Source: a virus (lineage: Duplodnaviria; Caudoviricetes). Taken from it: a stretch of 64,000 nucleotides of DNA. The stretch lies in IMG/VR virus record IMGVR_UViG_3300046490_000039, positions 33,903 to 97,902 of that record; one strand, given 5' to 3'. Each line of letters starts with the position of its first letter. The first letter of the stretch is position 1. The position numbers were made by a program, and so were the translations under genes. Below are positions 28,620-37,831 of this stretch, piece after piece. The notes under the pieces were generated by a model, which did not search any database, had not been told where the DNA came from, and was given only the letters and a program-made list of their open reading frames with translations.

Positions 28620-29330
28620 TCAGGCGGTGGGGCCAGTGGGCTGAACCGGGACCGGGATGGCGGTGTAGCCGCAGGCAAGCGTGGGCGGGCCAATCATGTC
28701 GAGGAACATATGCTCCGGGCTGGAGGTGTCGAGCGTGATGCCGACCGGCACGTCGTTGAAGGGGCCGTCGTTGAAGTGAGGGTTGCTCTCACCGAAGCCA
28801 TCGAGCGTGAGCGTGGCGATGGCGTTCTCAAACGTCACGGCGCTCAGGTTGAACGTGGCCTTCGGCCAGATGACACGGTGCCACTTGGCGTCGCCGTAGC
28901 CGCTCGCACCGAGGGCGGTGCAGGTGTTGTTGACGCCGACAGCCTTGGTCCAGATCTCGATCGAGCAGGGTGCCGGATCAGCAGCGCCGACGCCACGACG
29001 GCTGTAGCCGATGATGTCGGTACCGTCCGTGATGACCGAAGCGCCGGACAGAATCTCGACGAGGGCTGGGTCACGGGTGCAAAGTTCCAGGGCGAGGTTG
29101 ACACGCTTGATCTTGTCGGTGACCTTGGACGAAATGCAGACCTGACCGCAGCCGTTCTTGAGGAAGAACTCTTCACCCTGAGCGTACTCGGGGGTCGAGG
29201 CGATCTTCACAATGGCGCTGGTGGCAACTGCGTTGCTTACGCCAGCGACCGACTGGCAGGCGGAGTTGAGACGGGCGACCCGGATACCGCAGACCTGCGC
29301 TGAGCCGAAACAATTGACGGTACTGGACAT
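28620..29330 (-). CDS. major tail (tube) protein
   Basis: RVARLNSAC...GEE...KNGCGQVC...LELC..DP...IEIWT...GPF. Confidence 0.85.
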   Translation of the reverse strand: MSSTVNCFGSAQVCGIRVARLNSACQSVAGVSNAVATSAIVKIASTPEYAQGEEFFLKNGCGQVCISSKVTDKIKRVNLALELCTRDPALVEILSGASVITDGTDIIGYSRRGVGAADPAPCSIEIWTKAVGVNNTCTALGASGYGDAKWHRVIWPKATFNLSAVTFENAIATLTLDGFGESNPHFNDGPFNDVPVGITLDTSSPEHMFLDMIGPPTLACGYTAIPVPVQPTGPTA

Positions 29331-29408
29331 AAGGCAATCTTAGCGGCGAGGTATTCCCCCCGATGACGACACTCGGATGTCTGTGCTAAGCTCCGCCGAC
29401 TCGATCGG

Positions 29409-30164
29409 TCAGGTGTAGACCCTGTGCGCTCGGTTGCGCTGGAGGTCAGGCGACCATACGAATGAGGGGGACTGAAGCCGGGACGGATTGAGCGTCTTGA
29501 TCGCCAGGTCCACCGAGTAGATACCGGTCATGTTCTTGTCGAGCAGGTCAATCGACGATGCCACAGCGACCGACAGGCCACGCCGAGAGACGTTCGTGAC
29601 ACGCTCGGGCAGCTTGCAGGTCCCGGCGCATGCGTCGTTCAGAAGCTCGCAGGCGAGCGTACGGGTCGCACGCTCCAGGAGAGAGGGAACCTCGATCCCG
29701 TAGGTGACCTCCACCTCAAAGGTATAGGTGTCGGCATATGAGTCGTGGGGGCCACCAGAGGCCGCCCAGAGGTTCGTACAGGTCGGCCACGGGTCCTGAG
29801 GCCCCGAACGTACCAGGTAGTGGAATTCGTCGATGTGGAAGGCTGTGAGGTCCTGTGCGGCCCCCTCCATCCACACCTTGTCGAGCGACACGACGGGCCA
29901 GAGACCGAGGTCGATTCGGTCGACACCACAGGCGCAGAGAGGTCCGTTGCAGTTGCACGGTCGGCAAAGCCGGAGCGTGGCCTGGGTCACACCGAACTGT
30001 CGGCCGGTCCAGTAGTAGAGCAGGAGACTGGCGTCAGCGATGGCGTCGGTCAGTCGAACGTCCGCTTCCGTGAGTCCTTGCTCCTGCGCCACAGTGCAGC
30101 ACAGGAGGACGTTCTCCGGGGTGGTGAACGGTCCGCAGGGGAGAGAGTCGAGGAAGCTAGCCAT
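29409..30164 (-). CDS. head-to-tail adaptor
   Basis: AS..L..WTGRQFG...LACE...CKLPERVTNVSRRG...TGI..VD...NP. Confidence 0.85.
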   Translation of the reverse strand: MASFLDSLPCGPFTTPENVLLCCTVAQEQGLTEADVRLTDAIADASLLLYYWTGRQFGVTQATLRLCRPCNCNGPLCACGVDRIDLGLWPVVSLDKVWMEGAAQDLTAFHIDEFHYLVRSGPQDPWPTCTNLWAASGGPHDSYADTYTFEVEVTYGIEVPSLLERATRTLACELLNDACAGTCKLPERVTNVSRRGLSVAVASSIDLLDKNMTGIYSVDLAIKTLNPSRLQSPSFVWSPDLQRNRAHRVYT

Positions 30165-30178
30165 CGACCTTCAGCCTA

Positions 30179-30403
30179 CTAGGGCTGGGGGTCGGACTGC
30201 GCCAGGTACGCCTGGGCGTAGCGCTGGATCGCCGTGAAGACCGGGACGCCGATACCGGTTGCGAGAGCGGCGACGACGGCACCGGCAGTGACGCTACCAG
30301 CGACCACGAAACCGACGATCACGATAGCCGTAGCGGCGATGGCCTGGACGAGAGTGGCGACCACTCGCTTGCCAGCTTCCTTGAACGAGATGGGGGTACT
30401 CAT
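30179..30403 (-). CDS. holin-like membrane protein
   Basis: Two hydrophobic helices; KRVVATLVQA resembles the r1t-type ERAxxTFxQ. Confidence 0.6.
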   Translation of the reverse strand: MSTPISFKEAGKRVVATLVQAIAATAIVIVGFVVAGSVTAGAVVAALATGIGVPVFTAIQRYAQAYLAQSDPQP

Positions 30404-30412
30404 GGGTCCAGT

Positions 30413-31228
30413 CTACCAGACCCACTCGATGATGACGTAGCCCTTGCCCGTGTTGTAGCCATCCGTGTACGTGGAGAGTGTCCCGGTGCCGGGATCAATC
30501 CAGCCCGAACCGCCTCCGCCGCCCCCGGCGTAGTTACCACTGCCACCAGCGTCGGGCGCACCACCGCCACCATGCCAGCCGCCGCCGCCGCCTCCACCAG
30601 GGAAGGCAAAGAAGTTGGTCGTGTTGCCAGCGTTGCCGCCCTTACCGAGGAAGCCGGTGTCACCGTCTTCACCGCTCTTGATGCCGTAGCCATAAGTCGT
30701 ACCACCGATACCGGGAACGGACTGCGTTGCCCCGGTCGCCGTGTAGATAGTTGTACCGGCATTGCCCCCCGCATAGAGTCCACCGTCACCACCGACCGGA
30801 AACACTCCACCGGCACTAGCCCCAGCGCCTCCTCCTCCCGCAGCGACGATCAACGCATCCGAGACCGAACCGGACCCGGAGGGGCGAACCTGAGACGATC
30901 CACCACTACCGGTAACCTCGGTGCCGCTGCCGTACACGATATCGCCGTTACCGCCGTCAGGCCAGCCAGCGGAGGAATAGCCCGAGTTACCACCCACGTA
31001 CACGTCGAGGACGGAGCTGGGGGTAACCGTGAAGGTCCCCACGACCAGGCCGCCCTTTCCACCGTAGGTTGCTCTCGATCCAGCGGAACCGACCGCCGTG
31101 ATCGTCAGCGCCGACACGCTCGACGGCACCGTGAAGTGCTGCACCGCTCCCGTGTAGTCGAATCGTTTGATCGGTGGAACGTGGTAGCTAGAGGCGACGA
31201 TCCCGGAAGAAGTGCTAGGCAAGGTCAC
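30413..31228 (-). CDS. glycine-rich virion protein
   Basis: FDYTGAVQHFTVP, LIVAAGGGG, GGGGGGWHGGGG, GYVII. Confidence 0.75.
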   Translation of the reverse strand: MTLPSTSSGIVASSYHVPPIKRFDYTGAVQHFTVPSSVSALTITAVGSAGSRATYGGKGGLVVGTFTVTPSSVLDVYVGGNSGYSSAGWPDGGNGDIVYGSGTEVTGSGGSSQVRPSGSGSVSDALIVAAGGGGAGASAGGVFPVGGDGGLYAGGNAGTTIYTATGATQSVPGIGGTTYGYGIKSGEDGDTGFLGKGGNAGNTTNFFAFPGGGGGGGWHGGGGAPDAGGSGNYAGGGGGGSGWIDPGTGTLSTYTDGYNTGKGYVIIEWVW

Positions 31229-31796
31229 CCACGATGAGGTACGTCTCGCTCCCCATGTAGATGATCGAGATGGCCGAATACTGCGCCCGTGTCAGGAGGG
31301 AAGGGGTCGAGTGGAGTGTGGTACCCGAGGCCACGCACGTGACCTGTCCACCGCCGTTCTGTACGGCGTCAACACGCTGTCCTGTGGCCCAGCCGAGGCC
31401 GGACGGGATCGTGAGGTTGAGCGCCGACTCGCTCGTCATGGTCAGCATCTTGCCCACGTCCCCGGTCACCACCGAGTAGCTTGCCACATGATCGACGATC
31501 GTCTGAGCGTTGGTCCAGTCGCCCTGAGGACCGGTCGGACCAGTGGGTCCCATCGGACCGTCGACACCCTGAGGGATCGAGACCAGCTCACACGAGTTCG
31601 ACCCATTGATGACCGGCACCTTGTCGGTAGCGAACACGATGTCCCGCCCGTTGTCGGTGAATAGCCTTAGGCTAGCGCACATATCGACAGAGATAAGGTA
31701 CGGGTTAGCGGCGGCCCCGGTACCAGAAACGGTGACGGAGGCGTCGAGGGCCTGCACGGCGCACCGGCAATCAGACCCACAGGTAGAACAAGCCAT
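31215..31796 (-). CDS. virion fibre adaptor, paralog 1
   Basis: MACSTCGSDCRCAV...short collagen run...IVGDLA. Confidence 0.65.
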   Translation of the reverse strand: MACSTCGSDCRCAVQALDASVTVSGTGAAANPYLISVDMCASLRLFTDNGRDIVFATDKVPVINGSNSCELVSIPQGVDGPMGPTGPTGPQGDWTNAQTIVDHVASYSVVTGDVGKMLTMTSESALNLTIPSGLGWATGQRVDAVQNGGGQVTCVASGTTLHSTPSLLTRAQYSAISIIYMGSETYLIVGDLA

Positions 31797-31829
31797 GAGA
31801 CAATACTAGCCGGTGTCAGCCGGGGTCGC

Positions 31830-32624
31830 TCATGCCCATGCGTAGCTGTCCCACGCCGCTCTCTGCCCCGCCGTGAGCGGCCCGTGAATCAGTGCAATCC
31901 CTGACGGGTGAGGGTCCTGATCTACTTGGATGTAGGTCCTAGCCCATGGATAGGGGATTTCCGGAGGGGCTTCAATGGTGCCATTGTCGATATCAGCTAG
32001 TACGCCTTCAACGGCAAAGGGCGTGGGAAGGGCGGGGAGTTGCACCCCATTGATCCATATAGAGGAGCCGCCTTCTGGGTCAACGAGGTCCATGGTGATG
32101 ATGATGGTGTTAGACGTGGGGTCAAGCAGCGCCGGATCAAAGTCCCATTCAACGGCTCGGTTGACACCGGACCCGTCAAGGTGCAGCCAGCAGGATGCCA
32201 TGTCCGTTGTGAGGGTCACGTTCCACACGATCTCCCACCCAGCCCAGAGGTTGCCGTACAGTGACGTGTACCCATAACAGGTACCCGATCTTCCGAAGCC
32301 CATGGTGGGCACTTCACCGGACTTGGCCACGAGGGTCAGAGCGAGGCCGCCCTCGGACCAGGGGCCATCGAACTCGGCAGGGGTCGTGTATATATCGGGG
32401 AGCGACTGCCAAACGGGGGTGTCGAAGTGATCATTCGTGACGAGATCACCATCGGCCGTGTAGTCGGGCTTGTTAGGGCCTACGGTGTCGAATCCGATAC
32501 CTCCGTGACCGTGATTCGGGGCCGAGGTTGTGCCGTCAGTGAGGAAACGCCACTCTGCGAACGGGGTGTAGACCGGAGCCTCTAGCCATACAGCCGACGC
32601 CACGATGCTCGTCGGGATGGGCAT
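31830..32624 (-). CDS. virion protein, possibly lectin/LamG-like
   Basis: N-terminal SIVAS; beta-rich; SIWINGVQ. Confidence 0.5.
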   Translation of the reverse strand: MPIPTSIVASAVWLEAPVYTPFAEWRFLTDGTTSAPNHGHGGIGFDTVGPNKPDYTADGDLVTNDHFDTPVWQSLPDIYTTPAEFDGPWSEGGLALTLVAKSGEVPTMGFGRSGTCYGYTSLYGNLWAGWEIVWNVTLTTDMASCWLHLDGSGVNRAVEWDFDPALLDPTSNTIIITMDLVDPEGGSSIWINGVQLPALPTPFAVEGVLADIDNGTIEAPPEIPYPWARTYIQVDQDPHPSGIALIHGPLTAGQRAAWDSYAWA

Positions 32625-33172
32625 CAGGCGCTCAGGTCGCCAACGGCGAGGTAGGTGTCCGTTCCGATCACGATGACGCCAGCGGCGCTGTAGCGGTCCC
32701 GGAGATTCGGGCCGGGCGTAGCGAGAATTGTAGCGCCGCCGCTACCGACAACCGTGACCTGACCCACGCCGAGTTGAGCGAAGTCGATGTGCTGGCCTAC
32801 GGAGAGACCTAGACCGAGGGGGAACGTCAGGGTGATGGGAAGGGCGTTGTCGAGCGTGATCATCTTTCCGGCGTCACTCACGAGCACCACGTAGGAGTCG
32901 GTCTGCACGTTGATCGACTGGATGCTGTTCCAGCTATCCAGGGACGACGGGATCGAGACCAGCTCACAGCCGCCCGACCCGTTCAGCACCGGCACGAGGT
33001 CGGTAGCGAACACGAGTTCTCGGCTGTTGTTGGTCATCGCAGCGAGACTGGCGCAGATGTTAGCGCTTATCTGGTACGGCGCACCAGCCGATCCGGTACC
33101 GGCCACCGTGATCGTGGTGTTGCCAGCGACCACAGCACAGCGGCAGTCATTGGCGCAAGAGGAACAAGCCAT
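32624..33172 (-). CDS. virion fibre adaptor, paralog 2
   Basis: MACSSCANDCRCAV...AVGDLSA; clearly paralogous to 31215. Confidence 0.65.
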   Translation of the reverse strand: MACSSCANDCRCAVVAGNTTITVAGTGSAGAPYQISANICASLAAMTNNSRELVFATDLVPVLNGSGGCELVSIPSSLDSWNSIQSINVQTDSYVVLVSDAGKMITLDNALPITLTFPLGLGLSVGQHIDFAQLGVGQVTVVGSGGATILATPGPNLRDRYSAAGVIVIGTDTYLAVGDLSA

Positions 33173-33194
33173 ACGACAATCCTAGCGGAGAGGA

Positions 33195-33680
33195 TCAGGG
33201 TCCGGTGGGGCCTGTGATGGAGGAAGCCATCTCGTTCAATTTCGCAATGACCGTCTTCACGTCCATGGATTCGTCCTCAATGTGATGGGAGAGTTTCAGG
33301 TCGATTCCCTTCAATTCGTCCCCAGCCTGCTTGATATGGTCAATGAGTTTGGTACCGAGGTCGTGATGCGCTTCCCGTAGCTGTAGCTGTCCGGACCGAA
33401 GCTCATGCTGGTTGTCTTTGATCTTCTCTTGGTTCTCATGGAGCGCTGCCTGCCCTTTACCAAGCGCTCGGACCTGATCAATCAGCTTCGGCTCTCCGTC
33501 CTTTACGCCGTTCGTTGACCTACTGATCTGCCCGACCTCCACCGAGATGCCGGGGAGGTGCGCCTTCACCATGTTGGCCAGCCGGGCGACCATGACGATA
33601 GCGGCAGCGAGGGCCATGAAGACGAAGAAGATGCCCCAGTCGAGCAGTTCAGCAGCGAGAATTACTCCTAGTAGGACCAC
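33195..33680 (-). CDS. membrane-anchored coiled-coil protein
   Basis: N-terminal hydrophobic helix; coiled coil; ends TGPTGP. Confidence 0.6.
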   Translation of the reverse strand: MVLLGVILAAELLDWGIFFVFMALAAAIVMVARLANMVKAHLPGISVEVGQISRSTNGVKDGEPKLIDQVRALGKGQAALHENQEKIKDNQHELRSGQLQLREAHHDLGTKLIDHIKQAGDELKGIDLKLSHHIEDESMDVKTVIAKLNEMASSITGPTGP

Positions 33681-33727
33681 GATTGACCCTATTCTAGTTC
33701 AGATCTGGGTAGCTACTTACCAGTAAC

Positions 33728-34657
33728 TCAGGGTCCGGTGGGGCCGGTCGTGGCGGAATCGTCGCCCCAAACCGACTTGCGGTTGTCCACCTCAGCGGCG
33801 ATCACGGCGCACTGCGGGTTGAACGAGACCGACACGATGCGCTGAGCGGTCACGTGGATGTCGTTGGTCTGACGGTTGATCGCTTGCGGGGGAATCCCAA
33901 ACGGGTTCTCGGTGGTCTTCTCGACCTGGCCGGGGATGATCTCGATCGAGCCACGACGGACCTGCACTCGGCCGGTGGCGTAGATCCACTCGCTGCCCCA
34001 CGTCGGCGCTTCGCCGTTGGGGCCGGTGCCGGGGTACCCACGACCGGGGACGATGATGCTGTCCATGGGGGTGAGCCACACGTTGCCTTCACGGCGCACG
34101 AGGTTGGCACCGGCCAACTCCAGAAGGATCTTCGGACGAACGTGGATCAGGATGCGCTCGCCGGGGAGGTCGGTAGCGGCCGCCTGCTCGACTCGGGCGA
34201 GAGCATGCCACGGGGCGATGGCCGATGAGGTGACCGTGGTCTTCACGACGGCGGGGTCGAGAATGTACGGGTTGCCGGGAAGGGCGAGAGAGTTGAGCAT
34301 CAACTCATGCTCCAGCCAGTAGGCCTCGGATGCTAGCACGTTGCGGGATGCACGGCCAGGGAAATCTCGGGTCTTGCGGTTGAAGGTCGAGGACTGATCG
34401 GTGGCGTAGATGAAGAACGGGTTGACCTCTACCTGGTCAGGGGTCGAGGTAACATCCCCGTACTGACCCTCAGAGGGGCACACGGTGTCGACCGAGGCTC
34501 GATCGCAGGTCTCGGGGAAGTAGGCGTGGCCGCCTTCCCACCGTGGGGTGTCATTGTCGAGAACATCGGCGGCGGTGAGCAGCGATACCCGAGGCGGCAG
34601 AAGCGGCGGGGTAGGGACTGTGACATAGCCGGGAGCGGCGTTGTAGGGTGCGACCAT
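33728..34657 (-). CDS. major capsid pentamer-like protein
   Basis: RWEGG, PFFIYA, TPM...GRGY, WIYATG.V.VRRG, RQTND...AQR: pattern of the separate pentamer proteins of cluster-B-like actinophages. Confidence 0.7.
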   Translation of the reverse strand: MVAPYNAAPGYVTVPTPPLLPPRVSLLTAADVLDNDTPRWEGGHAYFPETCDRASVDTVCPSEGQYGDVTSTPDQVEVNPFFIYATDQSSTFNRKTRDFPGRASRNVLASEAYWLEHELMLNSLALPGNPYILDPAVVKTTVTSSAIAPWHALARVEQAAATDLPGERILIHVRPKILLELAGANLVRREGNVWLTPMDSIIVPGRGYPGTGPNGEAPTWGSEWIYATGRVQVRRGSIEIIPGQVEKTTENPFGIPPQAINRQTNDIHVTAQRIVSVSFNPQCAVIAAEVDNRKSVWGDDSATTGPTGP

Positions 34658-34708
34658 TTCAGGACCAGCTTAGCACCCCCCGCCAGGACGGGCTGAGTGA
34701 CTACCCGG

Positions 34709-34885
34709 CTACTGGTCCAGTGGCTCCCTGATCTGCTGACGGAGCTGTTCAATGATGACCACGTGCTTACGATTGATGGCCCGCTGTAGGCTGATCTGGT
34801 GCATGAGTTCCCCCAACATCTCAGCGTTGACGGCCTTCATCTCATTCAATAGATCCTCTACCGTTACTTGGGTGTCATCGCTCAT
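34709..34885 (-). CDS. hypothetical 58-aa coiled-coil protein
   Basis: MSDDTQVTVEDLL...; TAGGCT -10 six nt upstream. Confidence 0.55.
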   Translation of the reverse strand: MSDDTQVTVEDLLNEMKAVNAEMLGELMHQISLQRAINRKHVVIIEQLRQQIREPLDQ

Positions 34886-34928
34886 GGAGATAGCCTACCA
34901 TCGTGATCCAATAATCGGAAGGGCCTGA

Positions 34929-37403
34929 CTACCCGCAGTGGAGCGTGCACGGGACGACGTAGGAGCCATCCTCGCTCGTGCTGTGGCGGATGGTGCTGGT
35001 CACCTTGGCGATGGTGCTGGCTCGCATGACGTTATCGGCCTGCACTCGGCCGCACCCGTCGCCGTTGCTTTCGATGTAGTCACCACACTGCACAACCTCA
35101 CTCGCTGCGATGCGAACGAAGTATGCACCGAGGGACATGATATTGGCGTCATTGGGGTACATATCGGCGTCCTCGCCAAAGTCATTGTAGTCAATGAACA
35201 CACCGTAGACCGAGTTAGAGCCGGGCGTATCGCTTACCTTGAATCGGCACAGACGATCTTCCACCATGTCATCTCCCGGCCAGAAGCACAGCTCATCGAC
35301 CGTCTCCAGAACGGTTGCGAACGGAATGTCGAATCGCTCCACCCCCTCCTGCAACTGGGACCAGTGCATACCGGCGAAGGCGGCGACACTGACGACGCCC
35401 GCCGTGGTCATCGCCAGACCACCTTGAAGGGTGGCACCTGTCTGAATGGTGTACGGGTTGATGGTGCCGCCAGCGGCCGTCTGCGTGTTCGCCACGATGC
35501 ACGTCGCCGCACTACGGGAAACTGCGAAGAAGGTGCCCGAGGTGTACGACAGACCTGGGCTGCTGGTGGTGTTGTTCTGCGACACCGACACGCCGTTGGC
35601 GTAGAACGTGCCCGCCATCGTGATCGCACCGTCTGAGGTGAAGCGAGTGACACCGGCATTGGACCGTATGTAGAAGGCATCAGCGTCGATGTAAGCGCCG
35701 CCACCCGTCCTTGTTAGCCATTGCGAGTTAGGGCTACGGTCAACGTGGAAGTACGATGTTCCGGCTGCATTAGTTAGCCCTGTCGATGTAGCCATTGTGG
35801 CGCTGCCGTTGAGGGTCAGACCGGCGAAGGTCGGGGCTGCGCTTGTCGCCACGCTCTGTCCGATGGAAATGGTGGAGTCACCCGTCCCAACATTCACGCT
35901 GACGCCAGTGCCCGCCACAACAGATGTGACGCCATTGTTCGTCACCGTCAGCGCACCAGTGGGTGCCGACACGCCGATGCCTGTCCCAGCCGACACGGAC
36001 AGTACGCCAGAGTTGGAGACGGTTACTGCGCCGGTGCCTGCCGACACGCCGATACCCGAACCCGCCGCAGCCGACGTGACACCTGAGTTGGTGATGGTGA
36101 CAGCGCCGGAAGTTGCCGACAGGCTGATGCCCGTACCTGCCGCAGCCGATGTGACACCACACTTGTCAATCAGCAGCGCCGTGTCACTGGTACCAGTAGT
36201 CAGAGCGCCAGCACCGGCCACCCAAGTGACGGTAAAGTCTGCGTAATTGAAACCTCCACCCGTTAGAGTTACCGATGAAATTACGTAGATGTTGTAGCTG
36301 GCGCTGTTCGCTACAGCCTGAACCTTGATCCGGTCACCCGCTGCGGCATCGCTGTACCACCCAACCAAGACGGCTGTACCGTTGTTGCTCGGCGTGTAGT
36401 GGGCGTAGATGTGGGTGACATTTGATGCCGTAGCGTTGTTGAGTCGGACACAGCCGCTTGATGGTGGGGAAGCAGTAGCAACCTCATACGTCCAGAGATT
36501 GCTGCCAATGGGTCCGGTCGATCCTTGAGGACCGGTCGGACCGGTCACCGTCGAGGCAGCACCGACGCCGCCTTGCGGACCGGTGAACCCTTGCGAGCCA
36601 ACGCCGCCTTGTGGACCGGTGAAGCCCTGTGGGCCGACGCCGCCTTGTGGACCGGTGAAGCCTTGAGCGCCAGCGTTACCCTGAGGACCGGTCGGACCGG
36701 TCACTGTCGAGGCAGCTCCGGTCGAGCCGGTCGGACCGATCGGGCCGGTGAAGCCTTGCGAGCCAACGCCACCCTGAGGGCCGGTGAACCCTTGCGTCCC
36801 TTGAGGACCGGTCGGGCCGGTCACTGTCGAGGCAGCTCCGGTCGAGCCGGTCGGACCGATCGGGCCGGTGAAGCCCTGAGCGCCTTGCGTCCCTTGAGGA
36901 CCGGTCACCGTCGAGGCAGCTCCGGTCGAGCCGGTCGGGCCTGTGAAGCCTTGTGCGCCTTGCGCCCCTTGAGCGCCCTGAGGGCCGGTCGGGCCGGTGA
37001 AACCTTGAGCGCCCTGAGGACCTGTGAAGCCCTGTGGGCCGATCGGGCCAGTGACGGTCGAATCAGCTCCGGTCGAGCCGGTCGGTCCAGTGAAGCCTTG
37101 AGCGCCCTGGGCACCCGTGAAGCCTTGAGCACCCTGAGCGCCCTGCGGTCCCTGCGGTCCGGTGAAGCCCTGAGCGCCCTGAGCGCCTTGAGGGCCTGTA
37201 GCGCCGTCGACACCCTGATAGCCAGCGGGGCCGGTGGGACCTTGTGAACCGGTAGGGCCAAGTACCGTCGAGATGGGGCCGGTGGGGCCGGTCGGTCCGG
37301 GCGGGCCAACGCCGGGGATCTGCGTGACGACGAGATCGCCGGAGCGGTCGATCGTGATGATGACCGGTGGCTGCTCGTTGACAACGATGACGGGATCGCT
37401 CAC
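34929..37403 (-). CDS. collagen-like fibre protein with C-terminal chaperone/peptidase-like domain
   Basis: Long G-X-Y run, VTS..AG.GI repeats, C-terminal GD.I.S...G..QAD...T.AKVT...VPCTLHCG. Confidence 0.85.
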   Translation of the reverse strand: MSDPVIVVNEQPPVIITIDRSGDLVVTQIPGVGPPGPTGPTGPISTVLGPTGSQGPTGPAGYQGVDGATGPQGAQGAQGFTGPQGPQGAQGAQGFTGAQGAQGFTGPTGSTGADSTVTGPIGPQGFTGPQGAQGFTGPTGPQGAQGAQGAQGFTGPTGSTGAASTVTGPQGTQGAQGFTGPIGPTGSTGAASTVTGPTGPQGTQGFTGPQGGVGSQGFTGPIGPTGSTGAASTVTGPTGPQGNAGAQGFTGPQGGVGPQGFTGPQGGVGSQGFTGPQGGVGAASTVTGPTGPQGSTGPIGSNLWTYEVATASPPSSGCVRLNNATASNVTHIYAHYTPSNNGTAVLVGWYSDAAAGDRIKVQAVANSASYNIYVISSVTLTGGGFNYADFTVTWVAGAGALTTGTSDTALLIDKCGVTSAAAGTGISLSATSGAVTITNSGVTSAAAGSGIGVSAGTGAVTVSNSGVLSVSAGTGIGVSAPTGALTVTNNGVTSVVAGTGVSVNVGTGDSTISIGQSVATSAAPTFAGLTLNGSATMATSTGLTNAAGTSYFHVDRSPNSQWLTRTGGGAYIDADAFYIRSNAGVTRFTSDGAITMAGTFYANGVSVSQNNTTSSPGLSYTSGTFFAVSRSAATCIVANTQTAAGGTINPYTIQTGATLQGGLAMTTAGVVSVAAFAGMHWSQLQEGVERFDIPFATVLETVDELCFWPGDDMVEDRLCRFKVSDTPGSNSVYGVFIDYNDFGEDADMYPNDANIMSLGAYFVRIAASEVVQCGDYIESNGDGCGRVQADNVMRASTIAKVTSTIRHSTSEDGSYVVPCTLHCG
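36510..37310 (-). repeat. collagen G-X-Y repeat region ([18 protein letters not shown] units)
   Basis: Near-identical 9-45 bp repeat units. Confidence 0.9.
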
Positions 37404-37405
37404 GG

Positions 37406-37738
37406 CTACACCGTCACTTGTGCAACGACGTGTGCAATCCCACGAAGTCTAGTCACTCCACCGACCTGTTGCAAGTCCCAGTACAGCTCACCGGCCGGGA
37501 CGTGGGCCGAGTTAGCCGCCGACATGCTGAGGGTGAAGGCCGTGCCAACACCGGCCGTGAATGTAGCGGTCACTACAAGCGTGCCGAAGAGTTCGGACGT
37601 GGGATTCTGCCTACGGCGGACCTGGGCGATGTACGTGCCCGTCCAATCAACGGTCTCGACAATGAAGTGCAGTGAGATCGGATCTCCCTGCACCCACTCC
37701 AGTCCTAGCTCTTTCGCATCCTGAGAGATCAACGCCAC
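37406..37738 (-). CDS. fibre-attachment beta-sandwich protein
   Basis: QGD...WTG...AQVR...YWDLQ...RG.....QVT. Confidence 0.6.
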   Translation of the reverse strand: MALISQDAKELGLEWVQGDPISLHFIVETVDWTGTYIAQVRRRQNPTSELFGTLVVTATFTAGVGTAFTLSMSAANSAHVPAGELYWDLQQVGGVTRLRGIAHVVAQVTV

Positions 37739-37772
37739 GGTGCACCTAGCTTAGCTCAGAAGGGCGGGAACG

Positions 37773-37806
37773 GAAGAGGGCCTCCGGCGAACCGGAGACC
37801 CTCCTC
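37773..37806 (-). terminator. hairpin after the major capsid gene
   Basis: GAGGAGGGTCTCCGG-TTCG-CCGGAGGCCCTCTTC. Confidence 0.7.
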
Positions 37807-37831
37807 GTTTCCCTTGGTAGCGGGACTAGGC

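Noticed and set aside
36510-37310. Repeats as a CRISPR array or DGR template/variable repeat pair
   Set aside because: They are in-frame collagen codons with no unique spacers, and no reverse transcriptase is present
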